Assembly (NCBI RefSeq): GCF_001194135.2
Contig: NC_068982.1
Span: 19,351,879-19,406,050, forward strand
Direction of reading: 5' to 3'
Source: Octopus bimaculoides
Lineage: Eukaryota
DNA: 54,172 nt
The notes beneath the pieces were generated by a model. The model made no database searches. It was given only the letters and a program-made list of their open reading frames with translations, and was not told the DNA's origin. The translations under genes were made by a program, and so were the position numbers. Every line of letters starts with the position of its first letter. Position 1 is the stretch's first letter. Shown here piece by piece: positions 14,092 through 25,854 of the stretch.

Positions 14092-14200
14092 TGTTGAGAC
14101 AAGCAGACTTAGAATTAATTCTCATTCAGATCGATCTAGCTCTCATTGTCTCAGAGTTGCTGATTTGGGATTTAGCACGAGGATTTAGAATTTTCCAAAA
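14092..14200 (+). repeat. 109-bp direct repeat, copy 2
   Basis: See 12323-12431. Confidence 0.97.
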
Positions 14201-15520
14201 GCAAATGCAGTTAAGTGCCGTTAAATAAAAGTGTTGTTTAAAGTCTTGCTGAAAAAGGTTTTAGAATTAAAATACTTAATAGAAATAGAAAATTACTTAC
14301 AAGAATCGCTTTTATTAATTGTATTTTATTGAAGAGTTTATATTATCTACGCTTTATCGGGGAATGAAAAGCGATTAAATTTAAGAAGTTTCTGGCGATG
14401 AGTAGTGACGGCTAAACTGAATTCTGGATTATACCATACAATATATCTTTGTTCCTTACGCTTGGGTACATTAATACAACTTGCATTATATATTTTATCT
14501 GTAAACCTACAATTGCGGATTGTCTCACTTTAATTCGGCAAACTCATCTCAAGATAAGGAAGATATGCGTTTACTACCTATATTTGATGGGCAGTCAAAT
14601 CGGCAGTTATATATTACAAACTGCTGCTATATTTTCGGTAAGGTAGAATCTATTTATGTGTAGATTAAAGAAAAAAAATCTAGAGAATTACTTCTTCTAT
14701 GGTTTTAGAGTATAATTCTTGAATGTATTTTTCCGTATGATATTTTTCAAATTCTTCCTTCTCAATAACCGTTAATGTCGAGCAGGGCTATTATATTATG
14801 GTTTTTGGATAAAACTACTTGCAAAGGAGGAACAGTTTTATGTAAGCATCCCAATATATGACTTCAATAATTTTGCTTAATTTTCGAAATTGACAGATTT
14901 GAGAAGAATGTTCTATAAATTCTTGTGTGTTTGCAGTTTTGTTGAGCTTAAAGTATTCAGTTACGGCCTTAATATTCAAGAAATTTTAAATTTTATTGTC
15001 TTTTCAACAATAAAAGAATACAGAATTTTCTTGTTAACTATGTATACCTTTATACCTATGTTTGTTAACCTTCGTTCAGTTTACTAAAATAAATTGCATT
15101 GTAATTGTTACGCTTCATGTACGGTTTAAGTCTGGTTAATTACTCTACTCTGTTGTCTTTGTTAAGTATAATAGCAATATCCCCGCTTGAAAGTTTACGT
15201 TATGAATGCAGAACGCTTCGTAAATTTTGGTAATGATATCGAATGAAATTTCCATGCAATTTAGTCAGCAATGTACAGACTTTTAGTTTCGTTTGATGAC
15301 ATGCTCAATTTTCTTGAAATCTTCTAGTGATCTTCAATTCTTGATGAAGGATAATTTGAAAGATTCTGTGTTTTTTCCGAGAACGCACACAAAAATATTA
15401 GAAATGTGATTGTAAAAGTATTTTAGAAAAATTGCTTGTCAGAACGCATCCCCCTGTTCTAAATACGAATGTTTAGTGTAAGACCAGTAGATACCATGAT
15501 CAGAAAAATATGTGCGATCT
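14200..15520 (-). mobile_element. Decayed Penelope-like element 2 (RT, thumb, start of linker; no endonuclease seen)
   Basis: Minus-strand peptides in order: SSNETKSLYIAD, SAFIT, KLNKTANTQEFIE (14949-14911), NLHINRFY, KRISSLS (14572-14552), RYIVWYNPEFS (WYNPEFS at 14436-14416), then a KLFN-NTIxxSxSC-like stretch. Many stops and frameshifts. Confidence 0.7.
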
Positions 15521-16149
15521 CTGTTTTCTGAAATAATCATTCATATCAAGGAGTCAGTTTATTGAGTATTTCAAGAATAAGGGAAAAAAATAAATAAAAA
15601 GAGAATCAGAAGAGTGCAAAACCACCTGCGCAAAGTCTTGTTTGAAGTAGAGAATGTTGATTTTACAACACTTTACCAATAAGATTTTAGTTGTAAGATA
15701 TTATTATAAAATTTGTTTCATGAAATATAGTTGCCAAAAGAATAAAACGAATAAAAGAATTCTGGGACAGGATATAAAAATACATGAAATAAAGCATCGT
15801 AATGGAAACATCACTTTGCATCGCACCTTTTGTGGAAAATTGTCAATTTTAACAATAACATTCTCGCTCAAAGCGAATTCACAATAATTATGAAAGATGT
15901 ATGTTTTGTGAAGTGATTTATTGAGGATAAAGAGCGTAATTATTAGTTGTTCAAGATATTGTATTAACACATCGCATTTATAACTCTATTCCCAATAGCA
16001 AACCAGATGTCTGCACAAAAATATCCATATATTGTAGTCATGTGTGCAGTCGGTCAGGTTGGTGTTAATATTTCAACCATTCTGTCGCTAACTTTATTTC
16101 GTTCATTCCTTCTATCTTTTGTTATTCTCCATTTTCTTCTTCAACTTGC

Positions 16150-16380
16150 TGTTATGTCAGCATCATCATCTCCAGCACCACCACCACCATCATCATCATC
16201 ACCACAATTACCACTATCATAGTCTCATCATGATCTTCTTCTTCTTCGTTTTCTTCTTCTTCTTCTTCTTCTTCTTCTTCTTCTTCTTCTTCTTCTTCTT
16301 CTTCTTCTTCTTCTTCTTCTTCTTCTTCTTCTTCTTCTTCTTCTTCTTCTTCTTCTTCTTCTTCTTCGTCGTCGTCGTTG
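16150..16380. repeat. (CAT/CAC)-rich low-complexity tract followed by pure (TTC)39 and (GTC)n
   Basis: Uninterrupted TTC from 16251 to 16367. Confidence 0.98.
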
Positions 16381-16999
16381 TCTTTGAAACAGTCTTGTGC
16401 GCTGGACAAAATTGCCTTGCAGTAAATTAATACAGCGCTTCACATTTTGTTTTCAAATCGTACTAAGAATAACTTAGCTTTTCCTCTTCTCACGGTTCCA
16501 GTCTAAGAACTGTACTCAATGATATCAACTATCTCTTCCTGTAAAAATTATTGGTCCAGTGCCTAAAAGAGAAACAATTATTCTTATAATGCAAGTGCAT
16601 TGACAGAATCTTTGGAACATTAAAAAAAAAATTGCCTTTTAACATTACGTTGCGAACTTTTATCTTATGATTTCACATCAACGCAGAGGGCAAAGTTACC
16701 CTCCGGTCTTTACTCTCGTTATTCAGGAGATATACAGTAGATTTCATTACACACTAAAATTGTTGTCTCGGAATACTACAGCTAATATGCACAGGTAATC
16801 AATCAGTCTAAAATGTCTGAAAGAAAATATTGCACCTGCAGTAGTGAGTAGATTCGGTCACTGTAATAGTGCCATGCTTTCACGCAACTTGTCTTTATGG
16901 TGTAGATGCTGACATTCCGCAATCGGAACTCAATATTGAACCTATAGCATCTGAAATTATGACAGGAGGTTTGTAAATCTCATTTCATGTAGGTCGTCC

Positions 17000-17830
17000 C
17001 ATAGGACGCCCCTTTTAGGGGTTTTGGTTGGGCATACAATAGCAGTCACAGGGCTCTGTTCCATGTGGTCCTGCAGTTTCCATCTGACTAGGAATATTAG
17101 GGCCTCATCCATTGTTTTGTATTCAAGATCATCTGCATGACATCCTGCTAGTTCAAAGCCAGGAATCTACTCTATTAGGTACTGCCAATAATTAAATACA
17201 CGCCCCTAATGCCGACGCTTCGATTTATTGTTGTTAAGGTTTTACCTGTCTCCTACCCTTCGACCTGTTTGGCCTGGTAAGACCTGCCTGAAGATTTCTC
17301 TCTCTCCAGCATAGCTCTCCGGGTCAATGGAGCACACAGGCACTTCATCACGATAAAGTATTTATTGATTTGGCCACTGACTACACAGTAGTTCCACCTT
17401 TTAAAGGGTCCTATTTTTCGTCCCTTAGGGTGTCCACCAATCACCCTCCTGACCAAGCAAGCTTGATGGGGTTGCCTGTTGAGTCGGCAACGACCCGACC
17501 ATGCGACAGTTCGTACTGGGTTACATGTTACCAGTAGTGCTCAGGAACGACCATACCTAAGGCTTGTAAAAGAAAACTCCATGGAGGTGATGCAGAGGTG
17601 GTATAATGTAAAATATCTAAAAGCACAAGTCTGACGGGCTACAAAGAAGCGTTGATTGTTCGGAATCAAACGCAACAGTTACTGCAGTGCAGAAACCCAG
17701 AGGGAACGAAATTGTTCGATAATCACGCTGAGTACGTGTATAAGTTTATATAGAACAACTATTAGCAGACAAGAAAAGGCTGCGGTTGACAGCCAAAAAC
17801 TGTCCTGAAAATCCAAGTATGTAATATTGT
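17000..17830 (+). mobile_element. RTE-clade LINE 5' fragment (5' UTR plus decayed start of the APE endonuclease)
   Basis: GC-richer leader CCCTTCGACCTGTTTGGCCTGGTAAGACC..GCATAGCTCTCCGGGTC of the type I recall from animal RTE 5' ends, followed by WYNVKYL (cf. TWNVRSL) and VTAVQKPRG (cf. ITAIQETRW) in shifted frames. Confidence 0.6.
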
Positions 17831-18159
17831 GTGTTTGATTTGGTGCCTGAATGCTTCCGATGTAATCAAGACCTTTCATTTTTTTCTCGTGTCTAATTAA
17901 GTAAAGTACCTGTCAAATATTAAAGTCAATAATTTACTGAAAACTTGAGTTGTACGTATGTTTGACATCATCCATATACATGTTATAGCATGAAGGCATT
18001 ATTATCGTTACGGTTCTGCTGAAAATCCCTGGCACCATTTATTGTAAGCCTTTAAACACGTTCAATCTCTTGATGGTCGATAAATCATGACAGATTCAAT
18101 CACAGTGTTCAAATTCAATGATATCAATTTTCACCAAACTTCCTGCTGCTTCTACGGTA

Positions 18160-18505
18160 AACATAATCATCACGATCATCACCATCATCATCGTCCTTAT
18201 GTCATCCAAATCACGGTATTCGTCGTCATCATCTTCATCATCATCATCGTCACCATCAACATCATCGTCCAACTGGAAATCACCGACACTGTCGACAGCA
18301 GCGATGGCAACAGCGTCATGAGCAGCAGTAGTAGTAGTAGTAGTAGTCTAGTCATTTTTAACGGTAGTATTTATTTTGGTATTCTCTTTTCTTTCGAGTA
18401 CAAAAATAATAAAGGTTATATTTACTACAACCTGAAGAAAAGTATTAAATTGCGAAACAGACATGTACACAACAAAAACACGCTCACAATGCGCACGCAC
18501 ACACA

Positions 18506-18557
<52 letters not shown>

Positions 18558-18590
18558 TACACAGACACAAACACACACAGCACACAAAGT
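18160..18590. repeat. Degenerate (CAT)n, (AGT)n and (CA)n tracts
   Basis: Seen directly; explains the 206-aa ORF call at 18087. Confidence 0.9.
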
Positions 18591-21500
18591 ACAGCTATTG
18601 TGAAACTTAGATTATTATGGAGATGTATGTATGTATGTATGCAGCACAGAATTTTGTCAGTGAACAGGTCGCGGTCTCAAAGCGACGAAAATATTTTGAC
18701 AAATTAAATTTAAATGTTGAAGTGAATCTAACGGATTTTGTGTGTTATTTATATTTGGCATGAACACAAGTGTATGATGAATATTTGTAATTAAATTTCC
18801 TCATTATTAATAAGAAATATTTCGTCTACTATTGTATAATTACATTTTTATGTTTGTGTCTATTACATGTCTTAGATAAAAGCAAACATGAGACACAACA
18901 AACAAAAGCTAGAGATATGTAGTTTTTAAAAGTTACTTGATTACTTGATTAACCGGTTTATTGCATTGTAAACTGCAGCGCTAATCCTGTTATAAACGGC
19001 AGTATGCTGAAGCTACATAAAATTCTTTAATCATGGTGTCATGTTTGAGAGAAAAAATATCTTATCCGTATTCTTACGTACATAGATACACACACACACT
19101 CACACACATATCAGATTGTTTTCTAAGTTTCTACAACTAACTCTGCTTGGCATCTTTAATAACATTAGCCGTCTTTTGGTGTGCTACGTTTTACAATATC
19201 ACCACTCGAACAGTGTGGAATCTAGTAAGTTGTTCGTTATGAAGAGCTTTGTTATTGCTTAACTTTTAGAAGACGATGAATAGTTTTAATCCTTTCAAAA
19301 GATTGTTCAACCTTTGCATAAGAACCTTTTGCGTAGTATTACTACGTTGCGTTCGATTTTGAAATTTTGGTTTCCTGGATCACCGCTTAGAGAAGTAGCG
19401 CATTTGCATCCTTCCATCTTTCTACATTTATTTCTGTCGGATTATATTCATCGAAACATCAGAACAAAATATAGCTTAAATCTCGTGAGCTTTTTCCAGC
19501 TTAATTCTGTAATCATCGGTTGTATGAAGCAAATATACATGTAATTATTAGATCTAATTCTGTTGGAAATTAAATAGCAACTCCTGTTATTTGTATGAGT
19601 CACTCAAATTATGATATATTTCAAAAGCACATATCTTCCTTCTCTTCGTTATTTAACCAATCTCTGCTGTTACTAGCTTTCTACACATTCCTACATCTTT
19701 TGGAAAGTCGGTGTCTAGAAACTACCAGATAACCCCTTTTACCCGCAATGACATCCTTTGGATATTGGCAGAGTATCATTGAGCAAACTCATATGTCCCC
19801 AGTACATCATATTTACCTGCTTTCTTTTTTCGTGTTTTTACTCCCTCTAGCCGCAAATATGATACAGCTTTGACACCCCCAAGACAACTCAGCACGTTTT
19901 CAATTCAGTTCTTCATATTAAAATCACACTCAGATTTCTTGAGCTTGAAAACAAATGTGATTCACTGGTTAGTATCTTTATAACACTAAAGGCAACGATT
20001 ATTGAATAAAGCTTCAAAAATCTCCACTGTCGACTGTTTACTCAACGTTGAAGCGCCTGTGTGTCGAATACCTGGAAGACCAAAAATAATTCGGTGCCTC
20101 GTATAACCTCAGTCATATAGACTTCCAAAATGCAGTCGTTCGATACGGTTCCTTCTACTTGCCTACCAACAAGGGAATGGCTACTAAGTGCTATATCCAT
20201 TATCTTCAAATTATACATCCAAATTTCTCCTTCAATAAGAGACAGAATAGTCTCTTTTTATTACAAACTATCCATACTATGCTACTGTGTGGCGTCTGCC
20301 AATAACATAAAGACTAATTGCTGAATACTGAACTAGTTTTATATCTACTCCTATCAAAAAAGGAACGGAATATTCCTGAACTGCCCCTCCGTATTAACTC
20401 TTCTTACTGAAAATATATAAAACGACAGAAGACTTAACCCACGATACACGCTTTGCTTCACGCTATAAAATAATGATATTTTGCTCTCATGAACTTTAAG
20501 AAAAACAATATTATTGCCCTGCACGTCAGCAAACAAAACAACCGTAACTAACATGATAGCGTTCTAGCTAAGATGTTTATTGATTCCACCCGTCTTTTGG
20601 CAAAGATAAGGACAGGCATAACAAGTTTACTTTCCGCACCCAAACATAATTTGTTATCACATGCAATCTAGAAATCTCCCGCTATTTCTTCGAAAGCAGA
20701 AATCATTAAATCATCTTCTAGCATACACGTATAAAAATGTACTCGCTTGCAACACACACACACACACGCACGCACATACACAAACGCATTACTTAAGGAA
20801 GAGCTATTCAATTACATTATTTATATGTGTCAACCACACACGCGCAAATAAAACCTGAGATTTGTTCTAATTGCCACGCTTTGCATTTTATGGCGAAATC
20901 TTATTGCCGGGTCAATTTGTTACGTTAGAAGTGCAATTTCATAACACAACGTTCGTGCTGCATTCAAACTTCTAAACATAGTATCATGGTGTCATTCAAC
21001 TTTAATAAAGCTACTCACATACGCACTATTACATCATTGTGTCATTCATAAAAACTGTTATATACCTGGCAATCATGTAAGCTACCTAACCCTAATATCT
21101 CCCATTCGTTATAATGTGGCCAGGCCTAATATCTGAAAAATACGAATATCAAGGACCTAATTATGTCGTATTGTATTCGTTCTAAACTTTGCTCAAATTT
21201 TCAAGTTTTATTTAATATACTTATTTCAATCATTTCACCACTATTTTCCTATCTTGCTTTTATTTTGCATAAGACATAACACTTTGCTGAAAATCTTTGT
21301 ATCGTTATATCCCCGAGCTGTAATTCGCTTCAGTTATATTTACTTCCTGTGGGCAGCGATATATGCATGAGGCAAACATTTCTAAGAATGTTATAGTCGA
21401 ACCAGGAGTAGAGTGAAATATAAAATGCAGGCTTAAATAATTTTTAAAGTTGTGAACTAACTTAGAGTGATATAAATACGGAGAAGAATATTTTCTATAA

Positions 21501-22789
21501 CTCAACAGCTTTGATGAATTAAAAATTTTCTCCAAGTTTCCTAATTAGGCAAAATACATATGTTTATTGGAGGCGAATGAATGTAATTAAGAATAATAAC
21601 TAAGCTATGAGTAACGATATTTTACAATAAATTCCCAACGTTTCTTTGAGATTCGAATCGTTTCCAGATCACGTGGGACTCAGGTCCCCTGGAACTCTGA
21701 TCACGTGGGACTCTGAACATCTTGACTGATGTATAAAAATGGTAGAAATGTCTTGCAACAAAACACTGAAATGTCTATGCGAATGTTGTTTTCTCGAGTT
21801 TTCTTAAGGAAGTGTATGTATGCTTTAAATTAATGCCATCGAACAAAGTACATGTGCGAGTGTGCGTGTGCGCATGCGTGTGTGTATGTTTGTTTGGGTG
21901 TGTTCCTGCACATATACGTGTACGTGTACCACACTGGCACAGTGGCACACACATACAAGACGAAATGAAGACACATTACAGATGCGGAATCCAATTACGA
22001 AAAAAACAAACGTGGCCTCCATGCCGAGTCACCGGAACGTGTCATTCTTTTCGCCCCAGTGTATATTTCTATGCTTGTTGTAGATGTACGTTCATATATG
22101 CTTACAGAAATATATATACATATGTACACGCCTACAGCTACACACATACAAGTTTATGAGTGTGTTACTGTCCGTATATGTATGTGTGTTTGTGCATTTT
22201 ATGAATATTAATACAGGAGTTTTCATGAATATACTAAATTCTCCCATGTTACCACTGTACAAGAAATATTTTACTTGCTTAGTATGTGGTTCTGTGTAAT
22301 ATATGAAATGTGATCGCACATTCAGGGTTTATTTGCAGTATATAAGAATATATTAACTCATACCAATACAACTTCGTCCCTCTCACTTTCTAATGTATCA
22401 CTCATTTCCAAACACACACACAAGCGCGAGCAAACACACACATATTTGTATAGAGAAAGTGAAAAGTGGAGGGAAGAGAATCATAGGATTGAGTACACGC
22501 TGATAAATATATGTTTATGTATTTACCCTTGCATATATACACCTATACATGTTCGTATACATAAATTCGAAAAGCAATTTCATTCAAGTATTCATGTTTA
22601 CATATGAGTATGTATATAGCATTCTTGCCATTCCAATGCTGAATGCTTGGATGTATTTGTATCGAGGGAAAAAAAGAACACACAAAGAATTCTAATACAT
22701 TTTTGTTCTTGGTTTACTGTTGGTGGACGCAGAGAAGAAACGAGTAAATCCTAAGAGGAATGTCATTTATTATTATACCTTTCATTTAA

Positions 22790-23230
22790 AAGAAAGATCA
22801 CAATGGATTTGTGTACCTCACAGGAGGCATCGAAATGTTCTGAGATAAGAGTGCAATGGAGTGGATTGCGGAGGTGCTTGCAAGATGATAAAATTTGGAT
22901 TGCAATTTAACAAATCAGCCTGGAAATTATCCGCGTCGGTTCTCCAGCTAATGCCGAGCTTTTCCTTGTGCATCTTCGTTGTAATTCATGCATCTTGGTG
23001 AATCAGTCTCAAGTGCGTCCGCGATAATGTGAGAATTAAGAAAAACTTCTGTTGATAATTAGACATTACGTCATGTCTATTGTTAAATGCTGATATGGTT
23101 AAATTTATCACGAGAGGAGATGATGGGGCCAGTACTGCATGCAGGCAACATATACCTGAAGGAAGCGCTAAACAATGGAAAGTCGAGGTTGTTTACTCTT
23201 GAAGTCTTCCGGCGAGTGATAAATGAAACT
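22790..23230 (+). mobile_element. Possible very old RTE-clade RT C-terminal remnant
   Basis: Weak peptides FVYLTGG, GGAC..AWKLSASVLQLMPSFSL, EG..EVV in an order compatible with RTE (F.YLG, AW.KF..L..LL, EG..GRP..W.EVV). Confidence 0.3.
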
Positions 23231-23231
23231 T

Positions 23232-23437
23232 CTTGTGAGTGGAAACTGAAAGTGGAAACTGAAAGAAGCCCGTCGTATATATATATATATAATCCCTGAC
23301 AATTTTCTGCTTAAAAATATTTGTAAGATCTGCATTAGAGCTTTTCGTCAGCAGCAGGACTTGCTTGTCATATAACATCTCATGACAATATTTATAAATT
23401 GAAGAGATAGCCTTCTTCTGTAGAGAAGTAGCAGTGA

Positions 23438-23496
<59 letters not shown>

Positions 23497-23728
23497 CACA
23501 CACACACACACAGATATATATCTGTTTGTGTGTTTGTCCACCCATCATCGCTTGACAACCGTTGTTGGTGTGTTTCCGAGCCCGTAACTTAGTAGTTCGG
23601 CCAAAGAGACCGATAGAATAAGTACCAGACATGCAAAGAATACTTCCTGGAGACGATTTGTTCGACTAAAGGTGGTGCTCCAGCATGGCCGCAGTCAAAT
23701 GACTGAAACAAGTAAAAGAATAAAAGAA
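23232..23728 (+). mobile_element. SINE family A, 5'-truncated, with a 150-bp unique insert in its microsatellite
   Basis: CTTGTGAGTGG..GGAAACTGAAAGAAGCCCGTCGTATA, (TA)n, insert 23291-23440, (CA)n, well-preserved tail GGTGCTCCAGCATGGCCGCAGTCAAATGACTGAAACAAGTAAAAGAAT. Confidence 0.92.
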
Positions 23729-23770
23729 AACCGAGACGAAACGAAAAGTTTCACTGAAGTGACCCACGTG

Positions 23771-23811
23771 GATGTTAGACGCGTTTCGTCCTTCACGCTA
23801 TCAGTGAATAT
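23771..23811 (-). ncRNA. Decayed type I hammerhead-ribozyme-like motif
   Basis: Minus strand reads TTCA CTGATAG CGTGAAGGAC GAAACGCGTC TAAC. GAAAC plus palindromic ACGCGT plus a GUC triplet are intact; G8 is missing and stems I and II are damaged. Confidence 0.5.
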
Positions 23812-25374
23812 TGCAATAGACTTTTGAGAACGAATCAATGCAATATATAGGAAGGGAAGAAAGGTTTTGGAAGCATAATTAGATATATAGTAATCATATT
23901 TAAAATTCTGAAAAGTGGAAAGAGGGAGTAAACAAAAATAAATGTTGTCGTACAGACACAGACACCATGCTAATCATAATAAACCGGGCGGACGAATTCT
24001 AATTTCGAAATATGTAAAGACATGGGAAAAGTATATTTGGAGATATGTAAAGAATCAAACTAATAAATTCAAGGCCGGGGGTCAAAAGCTTTTACAAATC
24101 GATCAATAAGATAAAATAAAATGATATAATATAACATATGTGTGCATATCTTATATCCAGGTCGATAAAAAGCCATGTGGGAGGTAAAAACGTAAAGGCA
24201 AAAATAAATAAATAAACAAATAAATAAATAAATAAAACTCTTATAAAATTATATAAATATCGAATGTAGTGGTCTGAGAAACAAATGAAGTTCAAAATAC
24301 GAAAATACCACCAAAATATTTTGAAGTTATGAAAAAAGTGAAGCATATGCGACATGAGAAATGGCAGTATACTAATATGTTAATGTATTAATCATTCAGT
24401 GCCGGAAGCATTGACGGGAGCTACTTCGAAGATTACCATCCGCAGTTCAATGATTCAGATTTAAGATTCAAGGCCGATTTGTCTTGAAACTGGATAAAAT
24501 ATTTTTCAATTAAGCATAACAGCTATTTCATAGACTAGTGGGAGGATGCAGTTTAAATGTCCTTATATCTATCGAAATTCGATTTCGTCCCGTTTATTTT
24601 GATCGGCTTTCTTTCTATGTCCGCATGTCCGCTTTGTATCCTTTTGGTATCTGTTTGATATCTCTATCCAACGCATGCTTTAGAATCGTTTTACCTCTTC
24701 TATATACGCTACTTGTCAATCCACATTCGATCCAAATTATGAAATTTAACTTATAATATTTGTTAACCTGCCTCCCATTTTTGCTTCTTTTCCTTTCTTT
24801 CCTTTTCTTTTTCTCTCTTCCACCCCCCCTCCTTACTCGCTTATGGTTTTTCTTCTTCTTTCCCTGTTTCTGTCGTTCTCCACGTTTCTTCTTTACAGAA
24901 AGGTTGTGTGTTTATCTATTTATTGATACCTTTACTTGTTTTTCATGCTACTCATTCGTCCCTGGCTTAGTTTTAAAGTTTTATGTATGGCGTAATTCAT
25001 CTCTCGAATTCTAGAAGGAGTTCTGCTTTTCACTGCAGTTATTTTACCTTTTTCAATGTAAAAAGGTGATGTATGTTATTAAGTTATAATTTCAGTTTCG
25101 ACTTTCAGATTTAAATATTTAGGTTTCTTTCGGCAAAGTGACAACCATTTGCATTATTTATGCTATTTCGGAAAGTAATAAACCTGCACACAATCAAAAC
25201 TTAATGTTTATTTGATGAGGTTCTAAATGATTACCACTGCACTGTTTCTAAACATTTATATACTGTAACATCATATATCGTATTGTTAAAAACACTACGA
25301 CTGTCTGCTGACCAATTACTTGAGCCTCTGAATAACAATATTTGTAAAGACTTCAGCTCCAATAAAACTATATA

Positions 25375-25525
25375 GGCGCAGGCGTAGCTGTGTGGTAAGA
25401 AGCTTCTGTCCCAACCACATAATTCCAGGATCAGTCCCACAGTGTATCTCCTACTGCAACCTCAGGCCGACCTAAGCATTGTGAGTGGATCTGGCTGACG
25501 GAAACTGAAAGAAGCCCGTATATAC

Positions 25526-25567
<42 letters not shown>

Positions 25568-25785
25568 CTGTGAGTTTGTGTCTGTGATCGTACCCGCACC
25601 ATCGATTTACAAACGTTGTTGGTGTGTTTATGTCCCTGTATCTTAGCGGCTTGGCAAAATAGATCGATATAATAAATACCAGGCATACAAAGAGTAAGTT
25701 CTGGGGTCGATTTGTTCGACGAAACACTCCTTAAGATGGTGCTCTAGCATGGCCGCAGTCAAATGATTGGAAGGAATTAAAGAAT
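25375..25785 (+). mobile_element. SINE family A, near full length, part of the CORE-like block deleted
   Basis: Head GGCGCAGGCGTAGCTGTGTGGTAAGAAGC, box B-like GGATCAGTCCCAC, internal (TA)(TG)n, tail GTGCTCTAGCATGGCCGCAGTCAAATGA. Confidence 0.9.

Positions 25786-25786
<1 letters not shown>

Positions 25787-25854
<68 letters not shown>

Noticed and set aside
12323-14200. 109-bp repeats as an LTR pair
   Set aside because: No matching CA ends, no shared TSD, no PBS/PPT, and the repeat itself is PLE-like coding sequence.
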